Assembly: GCF_006345805.1 (NCBI RefSeq)
Contig: NW_021826337.1
Location: 1 to 13,053, forward strand
Length of the DNA stretch: 13,053 nucleotides
Reading direction: 5' to 3'
From: Octopus sinensis
Taxonomy: Eukaryota
Made by a program: the position numbers and the translations under genes. The notes under the pieces were generated by a model. It ran no database searches and was not told the DNA's origin. It saw only the letters and a program-made list of their open reading frames with translations. Shown one piece after another: positions 1-9,305 of the stretch (its first letter is position 1; each line of letters opens with the position of its first letter).

Positions 1-9
1 TGTGTTTTT

Positions 10-122
10 TCAACTTTGAAAAGACGGAAGGTAAAGTCGACCTCCGTTGAATCTGAACTCAGAACGTAAAGCTGAAAGAGCTTCCGCTTAGCAGTTCGAC
101 CAGCTTGCTAACGGCTCTCCCA
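10..122 (-). mobile_element. Diverged partial copy of the tRNA-derived SINE seen intact at 3767-3996
   Basis: GAAAAGACGGAAGGTAAAGTCGACCTCCGTTGAATCTGAACTCAGAACGTAA aligns by eye with GAAAGGATGAAAGGCAAAGTTGACCTCGGCGGAATTTGAACTCAGAACGTAA (3882-3933); similarity continues through CCGCTTAGCA...GCTAAC. Confidence 0.8.
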
Positions 123-575
123 TTTTGACACCTTGGTCTGCTGCTTAGATTAGATGAAGCTGATTGTCAACTGGCTTTCCTTCTGTCTACTGAGTCGTAA
201 ATATTAATTTCTTTAAACTATACACAAAATGTCGGAATACGAAATTCGTTGAGCAGCAAGCGGTCCAGAAAGAAAATAGTTTTAAAACATAAAAGTTAAA
301 TGATACTAAATTATTTGACTTATCTATTAAAGATATTGTAAAATGGTAGAAAGATATGACAAGAATCTTATTCCAAGAATAAGCTGGAGGAGAAAATGTG
401 ATGGAGTTTGGGGTTAAAGATGGCCGAAGTTTCTTCTTTCTCTTTCTTCTTTTTTTTTTTTTTTTGTCTTTCATTTGAAAGCAAAGAGAAGTCAAACGAA
501 CAAACATGTCAGACAAGTTAATATCATCATGGCTGTTCATGTGGAAATTCAAAACTGAGTAGTCTGGATCGGTAA

Positions 576-577
576 TG

Positions 578-609
<32 letters not shown>

Positions 610-771
610 TGTATGTATGTATGTATGTATGTATGTATGTATGTTTGTTTGTTTGTTTGTTTGTATGTATGTATGTATGTATGTATGTATGTGTGTATGT
701 ATGTATGTATGTATGTATGTATGTACGTGTGTGTGTGTTTATATATGCGTGTATGTATACATATGTAAATG

Positions 772-838
<67 letters not shown>

Positions 839-904
839 TGATTGATAGAGAGATAGATGCATGTAGATAGACAGATAGACAGACAGACAGTCAGACAGAT
901 AGAT
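576..904. repeat. Compound tetranucleotide microsatellite (TATG)n/(TTTG)n/(GATA)n/(GACA)n
   Basis: Direct reading; explains the YVCM/YLSI ORFs. Confidence 0.97.
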
Positions 905-906
905 AA

Positions 907-940
907 CTTTTTATTGTGGTCACACAGGGCTAAACACAGA
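907..940 (-). mobile_element. Short 3'-end fragment of the 3767-3996 SINE family
   Basis: CACACAGGGCTAAACACAGA resembles CCACAAGGGGCTAAACATAGA (3780-3800). Confidence 0.5.
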
Positions 941-1042
941 ATAAATATGGACGAAATACAATCGAGGTGGGATGGGTGGGACATACAAAAAAAAACGTTC
1001 GATCAATAGGGATCTGTGGGTTGTGTGGTGTATAAAAATATA

Positions 1043-1101
<59 letters not shown>

Positions 1102-1200
1102 GATAGATAGATAGATTGATAGATAGGTAGGTAGGTAGATTCATAGATATAGATGCAGATATCTATCTATCTATCTATCTATATCTATACATCTATATCT
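1043..1200. repeat. (GATA)n microsatellite followed by its complement (TATC)n
   Basis: Direct reading. Confidence 0.95.
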
Positions 1201-1228
1201 TATTTCTTTACTGCCCACACGGGGCTAA
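1201..1228 (-). mobile_element. Short 3'-end fragment of the 3767-3996 SINE family
   Basis: TATTTCTTTACTGCCCACACGGGGCTAA vs TATTTCTTTACTGCCCACAAGGGGCTAA (3766-3793): 27/28 identical. Confidence 0.85.
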
Positions 1229-1535
1229 TCCAAGAAGCAGTTAAGTTAAGAAGGGCAGCACCCGCTTCAGGGCCCAGTAATCCAAAAGTGTCAAGACAAT
1301 TCTTGAAGAATTGTGTAAGATGCTGAAAATGATCAAATGAGAGGAAGGTTTCTCAACCAGTAAAGGTATACTGGAGGTGTATGGGTCCAGAAAGACGAGA
1401 ATTCGAAAAGAATCAATCAGTTCAAGACAAAGCCTGTCGTGTCAGCGGAGGAAGTTCCACTTGCACGAGGAATACATTCCAGCATCGGTACAAAAAGGTC
1501 GGACTGCTGGAACACCTTGCAGCTTGGCGGGTATA

Positions 1536-1799
1536 TGGTCAGTCGCTTCCCGGTGCTTTGGATAAGTGTCGTCTTTTATGGCCCCGTGCCGGCCAAAGTC
1601 TTGTATGTAGATTTCGCAGACGGAAACTGAAAGAAGCCCGTCGTATGTAAATATATATGTGCGCGTATGTATGTATGCATGTATATATATATATGTGTGT
1701 GTGTATGTGTGCTTAAGTCTATGTGTGCGTGTGTGTGTCCCATCACAACTTAGCAACCGGTGTTGGTGTGTTTACGTCCCCGTAACTTAGCAGTTCGGT
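1536..1799 (+). mobile_element. SINE body with CORE-like segment and internal microsatellite, truncated
   Basis: GGTGCTTTGGATAAGTGTCGTCTT is CORE-like (cf. ACCTTGGGCAAGT). GGAAACTGAAAGAAGCCCGTCGTATGTA (1622-1649) is shared with the inverted copy at 1965-1992. A TA/TG tract follows, then a non-repetitive tail I recall from cephalopod SINEs. Confidence 0.7.
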
Positions 1800-1818
1800 A
1801 CTATCTATCTATCTACAT

Positions 1819-1850
<32 letters not shown>

Positions 1851-1960
1851 TATATATCTATAGCTATCTATCTAACTGTCTATCTATTTATGTATGTATC
1901 TATCTACCAATCTATATACAACACACACCCCATATATATATAATATATATACAACACACA
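1800..1960. repeat. Mixed (TA)n/(TATC)n/(CA)n microsatellite
   Basis: Direct reading. Confidence 0.9.
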
Positions 1961-1963
1961 AAT

Positions 1964-2062
1964 GTACATACGACGGGCTTCTTATAGTTTCCATTTTCTC
2001 CTCAAGGTTACAGTAGAAGGCACTTTCCCAGAGTGCTCAGCGGGACTGCACCCGGACCATGT
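1964..2062 (-). mobile_element. Second, internally deleted copy of the 1536-1799 SINE family
   Basis: Reverse complement reads ACATGGTCCGGGTGCAGTCCC (B-box-like)...CACTCTGGGAAAGTGCCTTCTACT (CORE-like)...GGAAACTATAAGAAGCCCGTCGTATGTA. Confidence 0.72.
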
Positions 2063-2097
2063 ATGGTATGTATGATGTATGTATGTATGTATGTATA

Positions 2098-2136
<39 letters not shown>

Positions 2137-2170
2137 TATATATATATAATATATATGTAAATGTGTGTGT
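2063..2170. repeat. (TATG)n and (TA)n microsatellite
   Basis: Direct reading. Confidence 0.93.
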
Positions 2171-2343
2171 GATGGTATGTGATTTATCTTCACATCAGAG
2201 ATTATGCTGAACAATAATCGGAGACGTTCCAAATGTGGATCATCGTGTCCTTAACTTATTAAGTGATTGTATATTAAACCACATCAACAAATATGTCCTA
2301 ATTCATTTCCTAGACGGCGCGACGTGATTTGGGGAAATTGATA

Positions 2344-2734
2344 CTGCTGCTGCGGCTGCTGTGGCTGTTGCTGTCTCTACAGTTATTGATGCTGCTGCTG
2401 CTGCTGCTGTTGTTGTTGTACATTCTGTTTGTGGAGGTGGTGGTGGTGGTAGTGGTGGTGGTGTCGGTTTTTGCTTTTATTCTCGTCGCAATATATTTTC
2501 CTACAACTTTTGTTGCTGTTAACAGTTCTGGTGGATTTGTTACAGATTTTGCTTTGATTTTTACCGTGTAGTTGTTGTTGTTGTTGTTGATGATAATGAT
2601 GATGATGATGATGATAGGGGTTGGTGGCGTTAGCCGTGGTGGTGGTGGTTTTAATGATGATGATGATGATGGTGGTGGTGATATTGGTCGTCGTGGCGAT
2701 TCGTGGCGGTTCGTGGTGGCGATGATGATGATGA

Positions 2735-2766
<32 letters not shown>

Positions 2767-3112
2767 CGATGAAGATGATGATGACAATGATGATGATGAC
2801 GATGATGATGATGATGATGACAATGATGATGTTGGTGACAGTGATGGTGATGGTGAAAAATGATAATCACGGTGGTGGTAGAGGCGGCAGTGGCGGCGGC
2901 GGCGGTGCTGGTGCTGGTGGTGATGGTGGGGGCGTCGTCGGTGGTAGTGACGGCGTTGCTGTTGTAGTAGTAGTAGTAGTAGTAGTTGTTGTTGTTGGTG
3001 GTGGTGGTGGTCTCGGTTCCGGTAGCGGTGGGGATGTTGGTAATGGCGGAGAAAGGAGAAAAGGAGAAAATGGCAAAGTAGTTGTTGCTGCACCAATTAC
3101 TGCTGATGTTGT
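2344..3112. repeat. Compound trinucleotide repeat field (CTG, TTG, GTG, GAT, GGC, TAG)
   Basis: Direct reading; yields homopolymer-amino-acid ORFs in several frames on both strands. Confidence 0.93.
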
Positions 3113-3297
3113 TCATGGCACCGAGAATGTCAGAAATTCTAAAAGAGGGCGACGGTCAGTCTCGGACACATATAACAAGCCATGTAAGCATGAAATTGCC
3201 AACATCCGTTCCACAAGGGAATCACTAAAATCGAATACAAGTGTCGATATTCCTGGCGACAGAAAACAACGCGTTCAGAGTCTCCTGTCATAAGGCC

Positions 3298-3462
3298 ACA
3301 TATGCATACATACATACATACATACATACATACATACATGCATACATACATACATACATACATACATACATACATACATGCATACATACATACATACATA
3401 CATACATACATACATACATACATGCATACATACATACATACATACATACATACATACATGCA

Positions 3463-3495
<33 letters not shown>

Positions 3496-3766
3496 GTCAG
3501 TATGCTTGTGCTTAGTATGTGTAAATATACATGTTTACATACATACATGCACACACACACACATATATATATATATGCATGTATGTATGTATGTATTCGT
3601 GTGTATACATAAATATAGATATATGTACAGATTTACACAAACACACACACGCGTAAACACACATGCACACATATACATGCATATATGTACTTAATTATGT
3701 ATATACACAGACATATATGTAGGTCATTATATATATGTGTATGTATATACACATGCACATATATAT
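3298..3766. repeat. (CATA)n array with CATG variants (to ~3492), then degenerate CA/TA low complexity
   Basis: Direct reading. Confidence 0.95.
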
Positions 3767-3996
3767 ATTTCTTTACTGCCCACAAGGGGCTAAACATAGA
3801 GGGGACAAACAAGGACAGACGAAGGGATTAAGTCGATTATATCGTCCCCAGTGCGAAACTGGTGCTTTATTTATCGACCCCGAAAGGATGAAAGGCAAAG
3901 TTGACCTCGGCGGAATTTGAACTCAGAACGTAACGACAGACGAAATACCGCTAAGCATTTCGCCCGGCGCGCTAACATTTCTGCCAGCTCGCCGCC
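3767..3996 (-). mobile_element. Full-length tRNA-derived SINE with 15-bp target-site duplication
   Basis: Minus strand begins GGCGGCGAGCTGGCAGAAATGTTAG (A-box-like), contains B-box GAGTTCAAATTCC and central GCCTTTCATCCTTTCGGGGTCGATAAATAAAG, and ends GGGCAGTAAAGAAAT. CATGCACATATATAT is duplicated at 3752-3766 and 4000-4014. Three more partial copies occur in the window. Confidence 0.9.
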
Positions 3997-4014
3997 TTGC
4001 ATGCACATATATAT

Positions 4015-4035
4015 GCATGTTTATATCTATCTATC

Positions 4036-4066
<31 letters not shown>

Positions 4067-4229
4067 ATGTATATTATCCTATGCATGTATATATATATAT
4101 ATATATGGCTACAGGTTACACATACACGTATAAACATATATATGTATATATATGCATGTATATTTAATTACCTATCCATATACATGCATTTGCGTTTGTG
4201 TGTGTGTGTGTGTGTGTCTGTGTGTGTGC
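4015..4229. repeat. (TA)n/(TG)n low-complexity tract
   Basis: Direct reading. Confidence 0.9.
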
Positions 4230-4677
4230 GAAATACATCGCTTTTAATTGTAGAAAACTATGCACATAATGCCATAAATACCAGCGTGTAGAAATCTAGG
4301 TTAAAAAATAAAACCATGGATTAATATAGTCGAAAGCTGCCGGTAGTGTTCGAACCCACAACCAATACACTGAAGCAATTCTTCGAATTCCAGCTATTTT
4401 AGAAACTTATATGTTGTATGCGTCATAAGAATTTAGAAACTCCGAGAGATTTGAAACGTCTCTTATGTTTACTCACGATGTGGGTTCGTGCCCCAAGGGC
4501 AGCATTCATCTTTATTCACTTCAAGGGGGTTTTTTAGCTCCAAAATGTACACGCTATTATTTAGAGCGTTATCTACTTCGAGTTCCACACTGAAATGAAT
4601 TACTTAATATCATTCGAAGAATCTAAATATTTTATGATGTAAACAACATACCTACACACATACACACACAAACATGC

Positions 4678-4719
<42 letters not shown>

Positions 4720-4738
4720 TGACGAGTTTTATTTCTTC

Positions 4739-4829
4739 ATTTCCATGAAGAGAAGACTACATTTTGTGTTACACCATTTTATTTCTTTGGAATAATACCA
4801 ATAATATCTTCGAAACATGTGTCGGAAGT
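4739..4829 (+). ncRNA. Type I hammerhead-ribozyme-like motif (C3->A variant, long loop II)
   Basis: ATTTCC-[ATGAAGA]-GAAGA...50 nt...TCTTC-[GAAAC]-ATGT-[GTC]-GGAAGT: stems I, II and III all pair; GUC cleavage triplet at 4821-4823. Confidence 0.6.
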
Positions 4830-5007
4830 AAAAGAATTTGAATAACACCTGCGTTTAGCTCTATTTATTTATTTATATATATTATACAAAATATTTCACA
4901 TAAACTCGAAGTTACAACCTTTTTACTTGTGTGATTTTTTGCTACCCCCGGGTAACTGTTTTATCAATTTTTTCCGTGCTAATTGTAAACAAGGGAAAAT
5001 ACACACA

Positions 5008-5024
5008 TCATATATATATATATA

Positions 5025-5057
<33 letters not shown>

Positions 5058-5236
5058 CTTACTACATACATACATATATATATATATTTATAATATATAC
5101 ATACATACAATATATCTATTTATCTATATATATCTATATATATATATACATACATCTATATATATATTATATATATATATATATACATACATATAATATA
5201 TATATATATAAATATATAATATTACACATACATACA
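5008..5236. repeat. Degenerate (TA)n tract
   Basis: Direct reading. Confidence 0.95.
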
Positions 5237-5600
5237 TCTTTTTTTCCTTGTCCTGTCTTATATTGTTTACAATTTGCACTGTCGTTACTGTCCTGTTGTT
5301 ACTATTTTTTACCCCTCTGCAAAAAGATCTCAGAATTTTAATTGATTTGCTTTTCGCAGGAAGGAAAGTTTTCTTGTCGAGGATACGTCTCGCTTTTATC
5401 CTTCGAAACGTAGAGTAGATGAAAGCTTTAGCGACTGAAGAAGGGGTTTTTTCTTGTGTTAATTGTCCTGTATTCTATTTTTTTGCTGTTTTTAATAAAT
5501 GTCCAGTTCCTTTGGTTTGTGTCTATGTTTTCGTTTCTCATTGTGTTCGACGTCCTTTTTGGTGTCCTGTGCTCATATATGCGTGTATATGTACATGTAG
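5237..5600 (+). mobile_element. T-rich non-coding element, probable Penelope-like terminal repeat; related to 8922-9070
   Basis: Shares GAGTAGA...ACTGA(A/T)GAAGGG..TGTTA.TTGTC.TGT and the terminal GTCCTGT..(T/C)CATATATGC with the minus-strand element at 8922-9070. Carries a decayed hammerhead-like fold at 5345-5420. Boundaries approximate. Confidence 0.5.
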
Positions 5601-5614
5601 AGGTAGGTACGTAC

Positions 5615-5745
5615 ATATATTTATATATATGCATATGTTTTATTTATTTATTTATTATATTATATATATATTATATATATGTAATATATATATATATATA
5701 TATAATATATATATTAGTGTATATATATATATATATATATATATA
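5615..5745. repeat. Degenerate (TA)n tract
   Basis: Direct reading. Confidence 0.93.
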
Positions 5746-5771
5746 CTTTATTTTAAGCAGCAGAAAATTCA

Positions 5772-5825
5772 AACAAAATCTGTTACTCTGAGTTTCTCGT
5801 TGCCGTTCATCAGACAGTTCTTGCT
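5772..5825 (-). ncRNA. Type I hammerhead ribozyme (minimal, Penelope/retrozyme type)
   Basis: Minus strand: AGCAAGAACTGT-[CTGATGA]-ACG-GCAA-CGA-[GAAAC]-TC-A-GA-[GTA]-ACAGATTTTGTT. Core is intact, stem I has 11 of 12 pairs (including G-U), loop II is a GNRA tetraloop, stem III is quasi-palindromic, and the triplet is GUA. Confidence 0.8.
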
Positions 5826-6635
5826 AGAATGGAACATATATTTAATTCAATCTATACTCTTAAAAAACGCTACACCTTTAAAAAAGAATGGACTTGTTTG
5901 ATTGGCCCTTAGAAAAAACGGTCAATCTTCGAGCGATAAACAAAAAGGTCAAAATATATGTATATATATATAAAAACTTATAAAATTATAAAATCCGAGG
6001 AAAATACCGAGGAAAAAACCTGTTGCCGTTAATGAAGACAGTACAAATTAATGCATAGAAATTAACCTGTTATAAATACTGCAATACATATTTATATTAA
6101 AATCCACATATATATATCAACATACACAAAAGGATGCGCGTAAATGCCATACATACATATACAGACGTATATATGAATCTAAATTATACACATAAAGCAT
6201 GTGTACATATATTCACGCAAAACGTCTCGCACTCAAGCTAAAATTCATCTATGTAGCAATTCTCATATACTGAGCAGGAGGGGAACGAAAGAAAGGGAAA
6301 GAGAGAAAAAGGAACGAAGGAGGGGTGGGGAAAAAAATTTGTAGCGATTTTATTGGCATCTATAGAGGCCAGTATACATACACAATTTTGAATCGATACA
6401 TATACATACCGTCGTGTGTATGCGTGCTTAAGCACAAGCATACTTTCACTTACACATCACAGATACGTATGCTTACAATACATATGCTTTGCTAATAAAA
6501 ACTTATATAACATTCTAAATTTGACAACATTGCTTTTTTTTTTATATAAAAACACATTGCTTTTAAAATTCGGTGCATTAATAAAAATATATACGAAAGA
6601 CCTATAAAATAAATATACATCCTATTTTGGGTCAT

Positions 6636-6671
6636 TATAAATAATCAAGGTAATATAAATAATCAAGGTAA
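6636..6671. repeat. Perfect 18-bp tandem duplication TATAAATAATCAAGGTAA x2
   Basis: Units at 6636-6653 and 6654-6671. Confidence 0.9.
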
Positions 6672-6822
6672 TCTTATGCAATACAATAACATGAAACAAG
6701 TTGTAGGTTTTTCCTAATATATATGTAAAAACAATAAGACTTTGCTATAGTCCGTTGCAGCGCTCAAGAGTCAAAATCAAATCAAAAAATCAAAATACAA
6801 AATATATACTCTATCCATATGG

Positions 6823-6831
6823 TATATATAT

Positions 6832-6873
<42 letters not shown>

Positions 6874-6885
6874 TATATATATATA
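6823..6885. repeat. (TA)n microsatellite
   Basis: Direct reading. Confidence 0.95.
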
Positions 6886-6968
6886 CTCTTAAAACTCTTG
6901 AACCTGTTTTCACTTTAAAGCTGCGGTCTGAGTTCATAATATTTTAAACATTTCTATGTAAGAATATA

Positions 6969-7187
6969 CAGTAGCAGCCATAATAAAGTCAGTAAGAACA
7001 AATGTATTGAAATAGTTATTATAGAAGATTAATAACACATATTTTACACATATTTAGATATATCTAATATCAATCTTTCGTGAAAATTTCAAGTGAATGG
7101 AATTAATATTTCGTAAGTTATGAGGAAATATACAATCTTCCAAATTGCAGCGGTCAAAAGTTAATGGTCATTTAGAAAAAAAATGAA
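6969..7187 (+). repeat. Left terminal inverted repeat of Tc1 element
   Basis: e.g. TATTTCGTAAGTTATGAGGAAATA here vs TATTTCCTCATAACTTACGAAATA in the right TIR. Confidence 0.92.
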
Positions 7188-7276
7188 CCATTAACCGAGG
7201 TATTTGTTGTTTAGAAGACAATGGGCTAACAGTTACATCTTATGATCTTACATTATTGGAACATTCAGCTGCCAAC

Positions 7277-8608
7277 ATGGCGGCTTGTGGGGGACGGCCG
7301 GTGTCCTGTGATGAAAAACAATGGATTGGGGGCCTGTACCAAGAGGGCAAGTCGAATTCTGTGATAGCAACCACTGTAGAAAGGTCTAGAAGTGTTGTGC
7401 AACGAATTGTAGCTCATTTAAAGTAATCAGGATAGACAGATGTTTAACCCAAATTCGGTATACATCGTAAAACTTCACCAAGTCAGGATCATATTATGGT
7501 CAGAATATCACTGAAGAATCGGTTTAAGGGTGCTGCTGAGATATCCCGCGAGTTTAGATCCACTTCCGATGTCAACGTATCGCGCAAAACAGTTTCTCGG
7601 AGGTTATGAGGTTCTGTGTTGCTTGCTTGGGCACCGGCAAAGAAACCTCTGATTTTCTAGAAGAATCAAAGAGCCCGTTTTCGTTTCGCTCGCAAACATC
7701 TCGTTTAAACAGAACAGTGGTCGCAGGTTCATTTTAGCGATGAATCGGAGTTTAATGTGATTGGTTTCGATGGCGGGATGTACGTCCGACGAGGAAGTGG
7801 CGAAAGGTTGTCTCGTGCATGTGTGAAGAAGACAGTGAAATATAGAGGAGGCAGTGTAATGGTATGGGGTGGGGTGACCTCTGCTGCTGGTCCTGGTTCA
7901 TTTATTCGCCTACAAGGCACTGTCACTGCTGAAATCTACAAGCAGATTGTTAGACAGCTTGCCCTTCCATTTCTTCGATCCTCATCAGTTCAACCTCATA
8001 TCTTCGTGCAGGACAACGCTCCCTGTCACACTGCGAAGAAAGTCAAAGATGAAGGGGTTGATCTCATGGACTGGCCACCTCAAAGTCCCGGTCTCAACCC
8101 TATAAAAAATTTTTGGAAGATTATTGGAGATGGGGCACAAAGGAGAAATCCAGAGAACCAAGATGAACTCTGAGAATTATTGAAAAATGAATGGAACAAT
8201 CTTACTCCATTTTGTAAGAAATTAATTCAGTCCTGTGGTAACAGATGTCAGGAGGTCATTTATAGTAAAGGAATGTTAGTGGAGGGACATGGCCTAGTGG
8301 TTAGAGCAGCGGACTCACATTCGATGGATCGCGGGTTCGAATCTCAGGCTGGGTGATGTGTGTATTTATGAGCGAAACACCTAAGCTCCACGCGGCTCCG
8401 GCAAAAGGTAATGGCAAACTTCTGCTGACTCTTTCGCCACAACTTTCTCTCACTTTCCTCCTGCATCTTGCAGCTCACCTGCTACAGACCGGCGTCCCGT
8501 CCAGGTGGGGAACCTATACGCCAAGGAAACCGGGAAACCGGCCCTATGAGCCAGGCATGGCTCGAGAAGGAAGAAAGAAACAAAAAAAAAATGTTCACAA
8601 AATATTAA
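7277..8608 (+). pseudogene. Tc1-like DDE transposase pseudogene, interrupted by SINE at 8278-8595
   Basis: One frame from ATG 7277: HTH region (IATTVERSRSVVQRIV), AKKPLI, WSQVHFSDESEF, VKYRGGSVMVWG, FVQDNAPCHTAK, DWPPQSPGLNPIKNFW, then ...CQEVIYSKGM[SINE]FTKY* (TAA 8606-8608). I count seven in-frame stops; the catalytic E is replaced by K. Confidence 0.95.
8278..8589 (+). mobile_element. tRNA-derived SINE with A-rich tail nested in the transposase
   Basis: A-box TGGCCTAGTGG (8290-8300), B-box GGTTCGAATCT (8334-8344), A-rich tail, TSD AATGTT (8272-8277, 8590-8595). Head and middle are homologous to 11507-11767. Confidence 0.93.
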
Positions 8609-8643
8609 TAGCAAGGGTTTCCTTTCTGTTCTTGTTCCCATTT

Positions 8644-8882
8644 TTCATTGATTTTCTAAGTGACCCTTAACTTTTGGCCGTTGCAGTTTGGAAGATTATT
8701 TGTTTATTTCCTCATAACTTACGAAATATTTATTCCATTCACTTGACATTTTCACGAAAGATAGATATTAGATATATGTAAATATGAATAAAATATCTCG
8801 TCTCAACGTTTTGTTAATCTTCTATAATAAATATTTCAATACACTTGATCTCTTACTGACCCTTATATTATCGCCGCTACCG
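8644..8882 (-). repeat. Right terminal inverted repeat of Tc1 element
   Basis: Reverse complement of 6969-7187 with substitutions and small indels. Confidence 0.92.
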
Positions 8883-8921
8883 TACGTACACACACACACA
8901 CACATACAAACATATAAGCAT

Positions 8922-9070
8922 GCATATATGGGTACAGGACGTCACCAACAGTAAACAACATGAAATACGAAGACAAATGAGTTCGATACGCAAACAACGA
9001 GAGAAACAAATGGAAAACAAGACAAGTAACATAAAGAACGACCCTTCATCAGTTGTCGGCTGTCTACTCC
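8922..9070 (-). mobile_element. Non-coding element fragment related to 5413-5582 (probable Penelope-like terminal repeat)
   Basis: Minus strand reads GAGTAGACAGCCGACAACTGATGAAGGGTCGTTCTTTATGTTACTTGTCTTG...GTCCTGTACCCATATATGC. Confidence 0.5.
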
Positions 9071-9122
9071 TCCTGAAAATATGCATATAAACGTATACAT
9101 ATAAATATATATATATATATAT

Positions 9123-9305
9123 ATACTAAGCAATAAAGGGTTTAGCAACGAATTGCCTTACCACATACCGAATTTAGAAATAGCAGTCAAAGGGTTATAG
9201 CTATTTCTTCTACTAAAAGAAGAATAGCTATAACCCTTTGACTGCTATTTCTAAATTCGGTATGTGGTAAGGCAATTCGTTGCTAAACCCTTTATTGCTT
9301 AGTAT
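9123..9305. repeat. Perfect inverted repeat, 83-bp arms with 17-nt centre
   Basis: 9123-9205 is the exact reverse complement of 9223-9305 (checked base by base). The centre adds CTTCT/AGAAG pairs and a 6-nt loop. Confidence 0.97.

Larger units (their letters stand above)
6969..8882 (+). mobile_element. Full-length, inactive Tc1/mariner (Tc1-family) DNA transposon with long TIRs
   Basis: Ends read TA|CAGTAGCAGCCATAATA ... TATTATCGCCGCTACCG|TA, with TA at 6967-6968 and 8883-8884. Diverged inverted repeats at ~6969-7187 and ~8644-8882 enclose a transposase pseudogene. Confidence 0.95.

Noticed and set aside
482-571. Candidate 90-nt exon (pyrimidine tract, AG at 480-481, GTAATG at 572)
   Set aside because: All three frames contain a stop; no support without transcripts.
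527-1144. YVCM/YLSI/HTYI-type ORFs (also 3139-3694, 4927-5341, 5419-5901)
   Set aside because: Translations of microsatellites.
2310-3293. Long ORFs (268, 237 and 196 aa) with poly-H/Q/S/T/M/G runs
   Set aside because: They are open in several frames on both strands because of trinucleotide repeats; no domain or splice evidence.
4336-4505. Two divergent B-box-like motifs (GTGGGTTCGAACAC on minus, GTGGGTTCGTGCCCC on plus)
   Set aside because: No cloverleaf or convincing A-box; at most very old SINE heads.
7512-7988. CTGAAGA and TCATCAG boxes inside the transposase (and TCTTCAG near 10043)
   Set aside because: No associated stems or GAAA/UH arrangement; chance 7-mers.
8281-8352. tRNA gene (also 11695-11767 and 3910-3996)
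   Set aside because: The tRNA-like heads continue into SINE bodies (TSDs seen at two of them) and do not form proper acceptor stems.
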